Assembly (NCBI RefSeq): GCF_006345805.1
Contig: NC_043004.1
Span: forward strand, 71,238,001-71,302,000
Source: Octopus sinensis
Taxonomy: Eukaryota
Length of the DNA stretch: 64,000 nucleotides
Reading direction: 5' to 3'
Shown: piece by piece, positions 1 to 14,310 of the stretch
Layout: the number at the start of each line of letters is the position of its first letter
How positions within the stretch are numbered: position 1 is the first letter of the stretch
Translations under genes and position numbers: made by a program
The notes under the pieces: model-generated
What the model was told of the DNA's origin: nothing
The model's input: the letters and a program-made list of their open reading frames with translations, nothing else
Database searches by the model: none

Positions 1-1589
1 GACGTAACTCGAAGCAGTGAACTTCGTAGCAGATGAGGAAGCACAATAAAACGCCCTTCTTCAGCTAAAGCCATGTATCCGAAGAGGTTTCTATTACTGA
101 ATCATTTCAATGAACCCACGAGGAGCGATGTTTGAAGAATACTCTGCTAGCTTAATGCTTTAATGGAAAGAGTAGACGCTGTTATCATTTTGGACGTGAG
201 ATCTTTATCAGAAGGAAGAAAAAAGAGTGCTGCCAGCATTGAAACAGTGAAAAGGAGTGAAAATAATTTCTACCGAAATTTTAGAACCAGCCTGGGTGCA
301 TTTCAGTTGGGTACTAAAGGTATGAGTTTGAGGTGTGTGCATCAATGCAGTTATAAAATTTACCCGGATATAAATTCTGGCATTGAACGGAGTGGTGACA
401 GTGTGAGTGTTCTACGATGTCCTACTTTGCTGGTGTATGTGCGTAATCGTTCGTCAGGTGGTATGGAAGCATGTATGTGAGGACATGAGGTGCGAGAATG
501 AGAGAGCTATGGCATTGATAAAGTGTATGAGATGTCAAAAGCAAACCGGAGACATTTTTGGCGTATGTGGAAGTACATGACAAAAGCGTTTACGAGTGTG
601 ACACGATGTTTTTTTTAGAAAGTCGCAATGTAAGAAAAATGTATGAAATCTGTGAAGAGAAGAAAAGGCAATGGAATTGGTAATAATGACAAAATGAAAA
701 ACAATAGAAAAACGAAATGTCTCTAGAATTTGATAGATCATTTAGATGATGGTGAGAAAGTGGTAAAATGAAGAGAGAATAAGTAACTGTAATGAAGAAG
801 TACGGAAGAGAAATTAGTTCGTTTAAGAGATGAACGTCCATTTGATATGGAAATGATGTTGGGAAGAGATACTGGGAGGGAGAGAGATAGACAGAGAGGG
901 AGAGAGACAGAGAGAGATAGAGAGAGACAGGGAGATATAGACAGAGTTTAAGACGAGAATATGGCATAAGCATTATAGGATTATTAAGAGGGGCATTTTG
1001 TTGAATAATTAGGATAAAAATATAACACTACTGCCACGCTTCTTAAGGTATCAACAGAAACGAGATGTAAAAATCTAGTTACTGTGGGTTTCTCCGTTTC
1101 GTGCATAGCGCAAAACTTTATTATTAATAAGTCACGTGATTGCAACTAGTTCAGTTTTTGCATAAAGAATTTAAACACGAATCCTTTTGAAAAATGATTA
1201 ATGAAGTAATTTTCAATTTTTTATTTTTCTTGGTTACTTTTCGTTAAAAAAAAATCGTTTGCAATAATTATTGAGGAATGCAACGTCCTTGACATATTTC
1301 AAAATCTTCTCACGTTTCATTGAATTTGATTCCCACAGAATGGAGAAAGAATCCTTTACAAAGCAACATCGTATCTGCGGCAGCGATGCCTTCGCGTCTT
1401 GCTTGCTTCAGATGCAATAATGCAAACAGAATTAGGAATTCTAAAAATATTTTTCTTACCCACTTTTTCCTTCACACGTCTATTCACACGCACATGCATA
1501 CATATGTACATATATATATAAACAGACACACACACAAGTACATGTAAACAAACACACACACACAAATATATATATATATGACAATCTTA

Positions 1590-1653
1590 CGTGTATGAAT
1601 ATATATCAGTATGTATATATATGAATATATATATATATATAAATATGTATATA

Positions 1654-1709
<56 letters not shown>

Positions 1710-1739
1710 CATATATACATATATATATATATATATTAT

Positions 1740-1795
<56 letters not shown>

Positions 1796-1892
1796 TATAT
1801 ATATAAATATTAAATATATTATATATATTATTACATATATACATATATATATATATATTCATATGTATATATATGCATATATATATATATTG

Positions 1893-1925
<33 letters not shown>

Positions 1926-1985
1926 CATGGTGTGTGTGTGAGGTGTTTGTGTGTGTGTGTGAGTGTGTGTGTGTGTGTGTGTGCA
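1590..1985. repeat. (TA)n/(TG)n microsatellite block; similar blocks at ~8995-9660, 10175-10515 and 51860-52280
   Basis: Direct reading. Confidence 0.95.
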
Positions 1986-2331
1986 TTATATTAGGAAGAC
2001 GGAGAAAGGTAAATATTTGCTTGAAAAACTATTAAATTAACCTGTGTTTGAACTATTATTATTTTTAATTTTGTTATTACTTATAATTCTTTATTTATTA
2101 ATTTATTATTTAGAAATAGATCGTTATTGTCATTGTTCTCTACTCAATGTAAGCCAACCACTGTTTCGTTTATATTTCCGTTTGTATAATTTTATTTTCA
2201 TTTTGTATTACCACAAGCGCATGCGCTGCTTTGTGGAGCTTTTTAATCACGATCATTTTTAGTTTCTTGTTTCAAATCCTTTCTCTTTCTATTCCCTCAC
2301 GGTTTGCTTTTTCTGCTTCATTTTGGTATTC

Positions 2332-2372
<41 letters not shown>

Positions 2373-2407
2373 ACATATATATCCTTCAAAGATGTTACAA
2401 AAGTATA

Positions 2408-2697
2408 AGGCGGCGAGTGGGCAGAAATGTTAGCACGCTGGGCGAAATGCTTAGCGGTATATAAGCACTTCGCCCATCATGCTAATGTGCCTGCCAGCTG
2501 GCCGCCTAGCGGTATATATTCTGCCGTTACGTTCTGAGTTCAAATTCCGCCGAGGTCGACTTTTTCTTTCATCCTTTCGGGGTCGATTAAATAAGTACCA
2601 GCTACGCACTGGGTTCGATATAATCGACTTAATACGCTTGTCAGTTTTTGTTTGTCCCTTCTATGTTTAGCCCCTTGTGGGTAGAAAAGAAATAGGT
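2408..2697 (+). mobile_element. tRNA-derived SINE (octopus-type family 1)
   Basis: A-box-like ggcagaaatgttag and B-box gagttcaaattcc; homologous to 18841-19069 (-) and 6270-6490. Confidence 0.8.
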
Positions 2698-3872
2698 AAT
2701 TCGTCTGCCGTTACGTTGTGAGTTCAAATATGTTGTTGAGCTGTTTATTTAGAAATCTTAATACTGTCCAGTCTTGATCTGATCAACTCGGCTTATAATC
2801 AAAAAGCCTTCCAGCTGTAAACATCATATATTTTATTTCTATCTCATACATATATACATGTATGGACGGTATATAGTTAAGAACTACAAAAAGTTTCTTG
2901 CTCTGAAGACATGAATCTGGTAGGTTTTTAGCAAGCGACTATTAGCAGCGCTTGTCTTTATGCAGTCTACGTTAAATGACATTTTACAAGATAAAGTTTG
3001 GTTCGTAAGGGATTAATCTATTATTTCTTGTAGATGTTGCAAAATGTTAAACGCTCCCACCTTGAGATATTAATTCTTTACGACTGAATGACATTACAAT
3101 CAGATTCAGTTAATCCAAACATGGCTCTATGCCGTATTGCATTTTCCGTGGACATTATAAAAAGGAGCCTTAATTATTAATCTTTCTTACAATTTGTCTT
3201 TAGTTTTTCTAGAAATCTAATGCAAGCCAGTGTGATTCAGAAAAGTAAATCCCCAACAGGATAAACGGAAGTTCAATCCTAGTGTACAGATATGTAGGGC
3301 ATTTATGCCTCTGTTTAAAGCCGAGGGGTACAAAACCATTCAGCGAAATATTGTGGATGCAATCTACTTAAAATCCATAGGATAACAGTTAGATTTGGTT
3401 ATTATCCGTCGCCAATGCATTAATACGGACGGTAGTATACGTATATAAGTGTGTTCTACATTATAAGGTTTCATACAATTTCCTGTGAAGACCTTTAAAC
3501 TTATCCGCCGTTTCTCCTCCGAGATGTATCGCTTTAGTTGAGCATCTTATTAATCATGCACCATTTCATTCCAAGAGCTTCTTTTCCCAAACTGTGCTTC
3601 TCTAGAACTCATTAATATAAACTGCTCTTCTTTTGATCTACCAAACTGTTTTTTCAAGTTTATTGTCATACAGCATCTTTTGAATTTTTAGGTCCTTTGT
3701 TTTTTTAATCCCTTATGCTATCTTGTTTGGGACGACATTGTAGAAAAGGATGTCGACTCGAATAATTTGGTCCAGTGAGTTGAGCAAATTCCTTAGAATT
3801 CCTACATAGGAAATCTAATGGCGATTCAAAAACAAACAGACTGCGTTAGAGTCGTCTTCCTTTATATTTATA

Positions 3873-4267
3873 CTTGCAGTATCGCCCGGCGTTGCTCGGG
3901 TTTGTAAGGGAAATAACTATATAAGCATTTTTAGAGAGTTATAGCCAAAAAATAGCAAAACAAAGCATTAAAAATGGAAAAAAAATGATAATTTTTTTTT
4001 TAAATCGTTGACTCCTCGTATACATTTTTAAAGAGTTACTTCCCTTAATATAATAGCGAAAAAATGCATTAAAATGGAAAAAATGATGGTAATTTTTTTT
4101 TTTAATCGTAGACTCATCGTAGACGCGCGCTATACCCAGAAGGGCTCGATATGAATCACGACTATAAGATACCCGGTTTTGGTTAAACTGCACCGCAAAA
4201 TGAGGGAGTAGTTAGGAATCTAAATCGTTAGGAGACAGACACACAACCTTACTTTTATTTATAAAGA
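3873..4267 (-). mobile_element. Non-autonomous Helitron-like element
   Basis: On the minus strand it starts TC (tctttataaataaaag) and ends with a GC hairpin (ccgagcaacgccggg) then CAAG; inserted between A and T. Confidence 0.65.
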
Positions 4268-4787
4268 TTAAGTATACTCTTCTCTGTTCGAAAGAAAAGA
4301 ACGTGTATCGTGGACGCTGACAAAGATTCACTTTAATAATAACGGCGGATGCGGGTAAAGGCGATTTAGAGAGCAACGGAGAGAGGCTGTTTTGATGAGG
4401 ATGAAAACGTTTTAATTTTTTTTTTAATGTGTTATTATGAAAGAAGCTTAAATGATATTAATATTCCTTAAATGTAGGTGATGATAATGTTGATATCGAT
4501 GATGGCTATTCTGATAGCGTTGATGATATTGTTAATGAGAAGAAAGTTGATGACATTGATGTCGAATAATAATGATAATGTTGATAATAGTGAGGGCGGT
4601 AATGCTGATAACGTTATCGATGATAATGTTGTTGATGATAATTATGGTAGTAATGCGAATGAATATGTTGATAACATTTGATAATGATAATATCGATGGA
4701 GATAATGGCGTTCACATGGCTTGCGATAAGATCGATGTTATTCATGAGTGTTGTATCTGATATCGCTAAGGCTGACGGTCGTGGTCA

Positions 4788-4809
4788 CGACGACGACGAC
4801 GACGACGAC

Positions 4810-4863
<54 letters not shown>

Positions 4864-4928
4864 AATGATGATGATGGTGGTGGTGGTGGTGGTGGTGGTG
4901 GTGGTGGTGGTGGTGGTGGCGGTGGCGG

Positions 4929-4976
<48 letters not shown>

Positions 4977-5300
4977 CGGTGGTGGTGGTGATGATGATGA
5001 TGATTATGGTGATGATGATAATGATGATCAACAACTGTTTTGACGACGATGAACTTGAAGCAGATAACATTCAAAACGTTGGTGATGATGGTGGTGATGG
5101 TTTTGGGAAAAGTGTCGATGGTAGCGGTTGTGTGATTGTTGTTGATGACAGTAACGATGACGACGATGATGATAGTGATGGTAGTGGTGATGGTTGTGGT
5201 TATTGTGGTGGTGGTGGTTATTGTGGTGGTGGTGGTGGTGGTGGTGGTGGTGGTGGTGGTGGTGATGGTCGTCGTCATCTTCATGGTGGTGATGATGGTG
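4788..5300. repeat. (GAC/GAT/GGT)n compound microsatellite
   Basis: Direct reading. Confidence 0.95.
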
Positions 5301-5656
5301 TTGTTGGGGATAATTCTAAGTACAATGACGACGAAGAAGAGGGGCGGATAGATTCCAGTCGTTTCTTTCCTTTAGATTCGGTTTGTAAGAGTAAAGACAA
5401 AGTTGGTTTACAAAATGTCTTGGTGTCGAGTCCGTCAGTGCCATAGACTCACATAAAACGGAACCTGGGTTATTATTTCAGTACAATATGATGAAACTGC
5501 CATTGAAAAAGATGAATGGCATGAGATAACGCAACACTCACCAACACACACACACACGCACGCGCATACACACACACACACATACACACATACAAACACA
5601 CATACACACAAACAAACGTACACACGTACACAGAGATACGTTATCTATATATAAAT

Positions 5657-6040
5657 GTGGAGGCGCAATGGCCCAGTGGTTAGGGCAGCGGACTCGCGGT
5701 CGTAGGATCGCGTTTTCGATTCCCAGACTGGGCGTTGTGAGTGTTTATTGAGCGAAAACACCTAAATACTCCACGCGGCTCCGGCAGGGATGGTGGTGAT
5801 CCCTGCTGTACTCTTTCACTACAACTTTCTCTCACTCTTACTTCCTCTTTCTGTTGTACCTGTATTTCAAAGGGCCGGCCTTGTCACTCTCTGTGTCACG
5901 CTGAATATCCCCGAGAACTGCGTTAAGGGTACACGTGTCTGTGGAGTGCTCAGCCACTTACACGTTGATTTCACGAGCAGGCTGTTCCGTTGATCGGATC
6001 AACTGGAACCCTAGTCGTCGTAACCGACGGAGTGCTTCCA
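5657..6040 (+). mobile_element. tRNA-derived SINE (family 2)
   Basis: tRNA-like head ggcgcaatggcccagtggttagggc...ttcgattccc followed by a ~300-bp unrelated body, between TA tracts. Confidence 0.75.
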
Positions 6041-6269
6041 TATATATATATAAATATATGTTAATATATATATGTTAATATCTGTGTATGTATGTATGTA
6101 GTCTGAATGTGTGTATATATGTAGAGACACGACTTGCTACTCTGTTCTGCTGCGTAAATGAAAGAAAAATAGCATAAACAGTATCTCATATACCAGGCAT
6201 TAAATGATTTTTTTTGTGATGTTTATATAAAATAAGAAGGAAAACAAAATTAACCAAGTTCAATTCCAA

Positions 6270-6490
6270 ATGTTGGCAGGAGCGTCAGCATGCCGGACAA
6301 AATGCGTAGCGGCATTTCGTTCGATTTACGTTCTAAGTTGGGATTCCGCCGGAGTCGATTTAACTTGCCTTTACCCACTTTCGGGGTCGATAAAATAAGT
6401 ACCAGTCGAGCACCGATGTTGACGTAATCGAAATAATCCCAGCCCCGGAATTGCTGGTCTTGTGCCAAAATTGGAAACCAATATTTAAGC
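6270..6490 (+). mobile_element. Degenerate copy of SINE family 1
   Basis: Shares ttccgcc..gtcga..tttcggggtcgataaaataagtaccag. Confidence 0.7.
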
Positions 6491-7791
6491 AATCTCGCAG
6501 TATGTTAGAGAGCATTGTAAAAGTTTAATTACATATCATCATTATCAATCAAGATAAACGGTTAAATTATGTCATAATGTTGAACATTTGGCCCAAATTC
6601 GCATATAGCATCCGGGCAATTTTTTCTTAGACATATTTTTAGAAAAATGCTTTCCCATCAAATATGCCACATTCTTTTTTTTTTCTCCTCTAAGTTACGG
6701 TCTTTATATCAATGCAATGCAGAAATTGGCAGTAAAAACGAAAGGCAGATGAAGGGGAAGCTGCCGTATCATCGGTGTCATGTTGTTTCTCGCTAGCTCA
6801 ATCAATGTGAGATGATGTCACAATTTGCACTGCAGAGAGTTGTATATTGCATCATGTTGTGAGCTGTCAACAGTCATACAGGAATGTTGGTTTTCAAGTG
6901 GAAATTGACAATTAATAATCCAGTCAATCTTTGACAGTGAAGATGTAACGTGTACGGAAGCGAAAGCTTGTGTTCTATGTGAATATGTTCTGTTGGAATT
7001 TTATGTAGGAAAACTATTAAAATATATTGGAGACAGCAGCTGAAATGTTTTGTCGCAAATGATATAGTGAGATGCAAAGATATGTTTTACAATATTTGAC
7101 AGAGGCAATGATTTTTGAGAAAGAAGCGCAACCTCAATTGTTTTACGTGTATATGGATAATAAAGCATCGGTTGAAGATTTCACAGCTCGACAATAAAAC
7201 TATGGGTGTTACAGGTCTGTAGCCACATAAAAATACACCTACGAACGCAACTAAGTACTCAAGTGTAATTCTATAAAACTAAAGAGTGTTTATTAAAAAT
7301 TAAAGCACGACCCATAAATATATTACTGTCTATATTGCGGCCCTAATTTTGCAACAAAATTCGCTACAGCAAACCTGGAAATAGGTTTTCCGAGGTGTAC
7401 AGTTATTAATTCATCATGTGAATTAATAGTAGAAGTAAAGTGAAATTATGTCCGTAGATTATGTCCGTTGGGAATTGTGATGTCTTAGGACGTGTCTTTC
7501 TCTTTTGCCATCTGTCGATAGATTCTTTGCATCATCTGGAATATCTTAGTGTCGTAATTTCAATGCGGAGATTGGAAATTATAGAGCAGTGCACAAATTT
7601 TGAGCGATCCGTTTTTTCCTTAGAAATCAATAAGAAATCATTTTCTGACACGTCGAACCACAAATCAGCAAGTCAAACATGTGGTTTCGGGTTCACACTG
7701 ACTGCGTGACACCATGATCAAGTGTTTCTACAATAGCCCTGAAGTGAGCGAATTTCATGGTCAGAAAGCCTATTGTACACACACACTCATA

Positions 7792-7858
<67 letters not shown>

Positions 7859-8215
7859 AAACACACACATACACACACACACACACACATATATATGTGA
7901 TTTATTAATGAAGTTACAAAGACATTACAAAAATGTGTACTCAGAGTTTCACGTTCGCCTCCTCTCTGGGTAGGCGAGCAGGACAATATCCCATTTACAG
8001 CTGAGTGCAAGGCTCTAACCTTTATATCTTTATGAAGAAACACACCTACACATCAACAAGCATACACATATATACACTACATACGCACACAAATGCACAC
8101 GTATACACTACACACACACGCGCGCACACAGCTATATGTAAGAACAGTCATATACACACGAACGGTTGTGTATATATATTTAAAGCTTAAAGATATATGC
8201 GTGTGTGTATGTGTG

Positions 8216-8247
<32 letters not shown>

Positions 8248-8426
8248 CGTGTGGATGTGTGTGTTTGTGTACGTAGTATATGCGTGTGGTTAGATGCTCC
8301 AGCTATTGTCAATATGGCAAGCCACAGAACACACGAAGAGCTTTCAGACCTTGCCATGTCATTTCTTTATCTTTGATCTCTCTCTTTCTATCTCCCGCCA
8401 TATTGGTTTTTCTATTTCACTCATAC

Positions 8427-8461
<35 letters not shown>

Positions 8462-9014
8462 CACAACACCGTTAATTTGTAGGGACGTAAACACAACAGC
8501 AACGGTCGTCAAGCTTTGTTGTTGGACAAAGACGGACGCAACACATACACTTACATATATACGAAGGATTCTCCCAGTTTCCGCCTACAAATTCGACTCA
8601 CAAGACTTTGGTCAACCCAGCCCTTTAGTGGAAGAGATTTGATCAACGCATCACGGACTAGGATTGATCTCGGAACCATACGGTTTGAAATACACTTCTT
8701 AGCACAAACCCACGCTTGCACCTCTGTACGTCGATTGTTAAATTAAAAATCATTAATTATATTAAAAAGATCTTCAAAAAACTACGACAGGAAGCATTCC
8801 TTGAAAAATGTTCGTGTCGATCCGTTTTATATAGATATTTCTTATATATAATTAATTATTTGTAATTTCAGAAATCTTACTTCAAGTAATGCTTCGGTAA
8901 CCAGGATGGTTTGAAAAAAATTACTATTGAAACAAATAATGAAACAGACTAATATTTAGACTCATACACACTTACGTACATACGTGAACATTTATTATAT
9001 CTATCTACCTACCC

Positions 9015-9082
<68 letters not shown>

Positions 9083-9149
9083 GTCTATCTATCTATCTAT
9101 CATCTATCTGTCTCTCTCTCTCTCTCTCTCTGTCCCTCTCTCTCACTCT

Positions 9150-9192
<43 letters not shown>

Positions 9193-9236
9193 TATGTTTA
9201 TATATATTCATATATATATATATTTATGTATATATA

Positions 9237-9277
<41 letters not shown>

Positions 9278-9538
9278 TTATATGTATACATATATGTATA
9301 TACCACAAAACATGCATACAAATATACGCACGCGTATGAACAGCACATGCACAGCCATGCTACGTGTACATGTACATATATATAAAGGTATATATATTTA
9401 TATGTGTATATATCCATACATATATATGTATATACACACACAACACTCACACACACACATATATATATATATACAAACAATATACGCACGCACACACCAA
9501 TATGAACTGTACATGCACACACTCACATACAACGCACG

Positions 9539-9596
<58 letters not shown>

Positions 9597-10180
9597 GAGA
9601 AAATGTGAGAGAGATAGTAACATACTTCAGAGAGAGAGAGAGAGACAGAGAGAGAGAGAGGGGGGAGAGATTCGCTTTATTAATTGAATAGTAATTTCTG
9701 AGCGAAATTCTAACCGAATTCGCAGTTAGAGAAATGTTTTACATCGACACGAAACCTGCCGGAGGAAGGAAGATGGTAAAAAAATATTGTTGACTTCATA
9801 GTAATACCAGTTAAAAACCGCATGCGTTGGGCGGCAAAAGAAGATAAATAAATGCATATGCGTGCGAGAGTGTGTGCGTGCGCATTTGAGAGTACATGCT
9901 TGCTCTCGCGAGCGAATGTGCGTATTTCCGTGCGATTGTGTGTTGTGTGTATATATATGTGTGGTTGTGGGTGTGTATGTGTAAGTGGTGTGTGTGTGTA
10001 ATTTGGAAAGAAAAAAATTACTTTCACTTTCACAAGGAAAAGATGAAGACAAGGGATGAAAAAGTGACACCACTCCGTATTGTGCAAATAACTGGCAGGC
10101 TATATAACATTTGTCGAGCACGTACAGCCATACATACACTCCGATATCATACGCGTTTGCTTGAGCCTGTTGGTATATAT

Positions 10181-10224
<44 letters not shown>

Positions 10225-10269
10225 TATATATAATGAATACATATATATATATATATATATAAATATTAA

Positions 10270-10301
<32 letters not shown>

Positions 10302-10409
10302 ATACATATATATATACATATATATATATAAATATTAATATATATATATATATATATACACATATATATATACATATATATATATATTATATATATGTAT
10401 ATAATATAC

Positions 10410-10514
<105 letters not shown>

Positions 10515-11170
10515 CATGCGTGTATGTGTATATGTATATATTTCTATATTTGCAAACGCAGACATATTGGCAAGGTTATTTGTGCGGCAAATGTTGTAAT
10601 TCTGTTATTGCAATTTGGTATGAGGGGTTTGGCATCAACTCATATAAAAATTGTAAGGATTCACATTGATCGACGTTAAAGTTCCTTGGCCGGCAGGAGT
10701 AATGTGAAGAATATCAGAGGAGAGAATAAAAACAACAGTATATACAGCGCCGCCCTCGCAGACGCTGCATTATTGTCATCACCAGCAACATCAATTACAA
10801 TAACAACACCAACAACAACAATAATAGTATAATAACAATGGAAGTGCTAAAGTAAGAGTAATGTTGATGATGAAGAGATAAACTAATTATTTATAATTAT
10901 TTCTGTGTATCATGTTATCAGAATAATGCTTAAAGAGGCTTCCTTCAATTTCAATAATGGAAAGAGATTTGTATATTTGTACGCCTTGTTATATATATAT
11001 ATAATTATATATATATATTATGTGATGCAATAGAAAGATGAATAATCTTGTAGTAGATAATCAAAAGTTTAACCGATACCTTAGTAGCAAAAATCACAGC
11101 AGTGAACAGCACGGTTGGAGGTACAACCATCTGGCGTTGCAACCGTGCGTTGGTGCGGATAATTGAAATT

Positions 11171-11355
11171 AAACATTATTGGTGAATTGAAGAAATGGAG
11201 CTGAACGCAGATTGAACAGAAATCGTTTTAATTTCATTCTACACGTGTTTCGAAAGGCACAAATTTGGTGCCTTTCGAAACACGTGTAGAATGAAATAAA
11301 ACGATTCTGTTCAATCTGCGTTCAGCTCCATTTCTTCAATTCACCAATAATGTTT
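11171..11355. repeat. Near-perfect fold-back palindrome (~88-90 bp arms, 7-nt loop)
   Basis: aaacattattggtgaattgaag...cgaaaggcac / aaatttg / gtgcctttcg...cttcaattcaccaataatgttt. Confidence 0.95.
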
Positions 11356-11441
11356 TATATATATAATATATCTATTTCTCTACCTATATATCTGTGTGTA
11401 TCTATCTATCTCTCTATCTATCGCTACTTACCTGGTCAGTA

Positions 11442-11480
<39 letters not shown>

Positions 11481-11789
11481 AAATAAGCAGCAAGGATATC
11501 CAGAGGTAATGCATTACGATCGTTTCATGCAACTCCATTTAATTGAACAATGAAATCATTACGTCAATTTAAAATGCAGAGCAATCCTCACTGCACAAAG
11601 ACATAGAACTTAATTAAATTAGAAGAGATGACACACATTATAATCACCTTACTTTGAAATTGTATGGATAATACCATACTGAATTCTGGTGCCCCACGTA
11701 AGTACCATATTTCATCGAATCTATCTATTTATATGCACTTTATAAGTGTGTGTGTGCGTGCGTGTACATGTATGTATGCATGATGTATG

Positions 11790-11829
<40 letters not shown>

Positions 11830-11980
11830 TGTGTATTTATATAAATATAATCATTATGCAAATATATGCATATACATATGCATACGTGTGTGTGTCTGTG
11901 TTTTAGTTCACAATATATCTGCGATTATTATTTACATATTTACATTTGACGGGTATTTGTCCTCATCTTGTCTGTTGTTA

Positions 11981-12023
11981 ACACAATGTTTCGGCTGATA
12001 TAATCTCCACCCTCATCAGGTGT
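11981..12023 (-). ncRNA. Degenerate minimal hammerhead motif in a dispersed repeat
   Basis: Reverse complement reads ACAC CUGAUGA ggguggagauuauaucagcc GAAA CA UU GUGU. Confidence 0.45.
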
Positions 12024-12070
12024 CTTGGGGAGATTTTGAACCTGGGTTCTCATTCTTAGGTATTTGCATG

Positions 12071-12137
<67 letters not shown>

Positions 12138-12459
12138 ATCATTAATTATCTGAGCACAGGTAAACGAAAATGTATTTCGCGAAATCGCACAGTTATACAG
12201 AAGACTAAATCGTGTATCCGAAATATCTGTTGAGTCTACTTTGGAGACCGCCACAGCACCATCTTGATGAGATTGTTTCTATCTCTGAAATAGTTAACTC
12301 GAACAAAGTCCTTCCTTTCGATCTAGCTCTCATCTAAGTTTTCAAATCTTACTTGGAATGGGAAGAGACGCATGAATGTTCTGGAGATATGCTGTGACTG
12401 CGAAGATCCGGAAATATAGTGAGTTCACGGCTGTATCCTATAACAGTCTCGCATAAACA

Positions 12460-12810
12460 GCCCCAGCCCATTCAAAAGACCTTGGATCGTAAGGCGACCT
12501 GCTGTGCTAGAGGAGATCTATTGAGTCAAGTAACATTAATATTAAAATGAAAATTAAATGGAAACTGTAGTTGGGATACCGTGCCGGTGGCACGTAAACC
12601 TCCGTCCGAACGTGGCCGATACCAGCGCCGCAATGACTGGCTTCCGTGCCGGTGGCACGTAAAATGCACCAACCGATCGTAGCCGTTGCCTGTCCCCTCT
12701 GGCCTCTGTGCCGGTGGCACGTAAAATGCACCCACTACACTCATGGATTAGTTGGCGTTAGGAAGGGCATCCAGCTGTAGAAACACTGCCAGATCAAACT
12801 GGAGCCTACA
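12460..12810 (+). mobile_element. Dispersed repeat (SINE- or LINE-tail-like) with three internal gtgccggtggcacgtaaa units
   Basis: Three internal repeats followed by ttggcgttaggaagggcatccagctgtagaaa. Confidence 0.6.
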
Positions 12811-14075
12811 CTTGGATTATTCCCTCAGGTAGCTGCTTTATTTAATCATATTTCTCTGTTGTGCCAACCTTGTCTGTAAAAGTATTTAATTAAGTTCAGT
12901 TATAAATACCGAGTTTAAGGAATTTTTCATCCTGATATTCTTGTGCAAAGATCCCATTCCAAGAAGTGTGAAACGAACCGGAAATATGCAATAGCAGCTG
13001 AAGAATTAGAGAGCTTTGATGTTTAAGATTTTATTATTATCACAGACTATTACAGAAGGAATGTGAAACACTAATAAATTAACCAATTTATTTATTTACT
13101 ACTTACTTAATAGACTGGTGGTAAAACTGAAGTGAAATGTAAACACTTCGTGTGTTTTTACGTGCAATGTGACCCTCCCAACCTACAACAACTATAAAAG
13201 AAATGGAGTCTCTTAAGAATTTTCAGGATCAAACACTCCCAGACACGCACAGTTGTTACTTTCTATGCCTCAATGATGAAAGTCTGCACGTCTTTCTGTA
13301 TGTGTGTAGGATGGAATAATTAGAATGCTTTTTGTTAAGGTATATTTTTTTACACCAAATCTTGAAATTTTAGAGGACATTTTCGAATTCATTATCTTTT
13401 ACATACTTACGTAATAGTTCGCAATAAGTTTATGGAATTATCTCTTGAGTTACGTTGTACTACAAAAATATGATTGGGCATCGATTTCTTCAGAGCTATA
13501 GAAACGTGGCTTGTTTGTACCTCAATATAACTCGATGAGATAATAAGAATATCTTGCACAGATTATTTTATTTGGCATGTGTGATATTGTCTTGAAACAT
13601 TAAGTTAAAAGAAGCATATTCGGAAAATATCCAGGGAGAAAATTGACGTTCTTTCATTTCTTCTTAACTAAGATAAATTCCGGAAACATAAAGTCTTCTA
13701 TCAATTATGTACAAATATATTTCAGCAACGGAATTTAGAATATATAATTGAAGAGATGCGTGGTGTAATTTTTCCATTTGATTTCTCGTTGATATTTTGT
13801 TACAATAGAGAGAATTGAGGTTGATTGAAAAGCTTTTTGTAAAGAAAATTCTAGTTTAAATTTTGATTGTTCGATGAATAAAAGAAATATGAAACTTTAA
13901 TGGAGAAATTCAGCTGAATGCGATAGGCGTTATAATTATATTTCAATCACATGGTGTAGCATTTGCAGGAGAGTGCCACATGTTGAAATTTCGCTTGAAT
14001 ATTACAGTGAAACACAGAAAAAATGGGCATTATTAATACCCGTGTTGTTCATAAAGGAATGATGATAATAATAAC

Positions 14076-14124
<49 letters not shown>

Positions 14125-14157
14125 TAATAATAATAATGATAATAATGAATCACGATA

Positions 14158-14310
14158 ATGTGGCATCTCAAATCAATAACAATACCTATTTTATTGAAGC
14201 ACTTGAAATGGCATCAAAGTGAGCGAATAAATACACAACTAAATTCCTGGCATCTCCAAAATAAGCAATTGTAAAGATCATACTTATGCTACCTCACACG
14301 TTTTACGTAA
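14158..14310 (+). mobile_element. 3' fragment of an RLE-type (R4/Dong-like) non-LTR retrotransposon next to (TAA)n
   Basis: MWHLKSITIPI.IEALEM...PK*AIVKIILM..SHVL resembles the MWxLKxxxIPVVIGALG...QKIVLxGTAHIL C-terminus. Confidence 0.55.

Noticed and set aside
4748-5446. 232-aa Asp/Gly-rich biomineralisation-like protein
   Set aside because: It is entirely a GAT/GGT microsatellite, with no signal peptide or splice support.
5657-5735. tRNA gene
   Set aside because: It is the tRNA-like head of a SINE: the cloverleaf is imperfect and it runs into a repeat body.
12580-12730. CRISPR-like repeat-spacer pattern (gtgccggtggcacgtaaa x3)
   Set aside because: Eukaryotic context, only three units, no cas genes; it is an internal repeat of a dispersed element.
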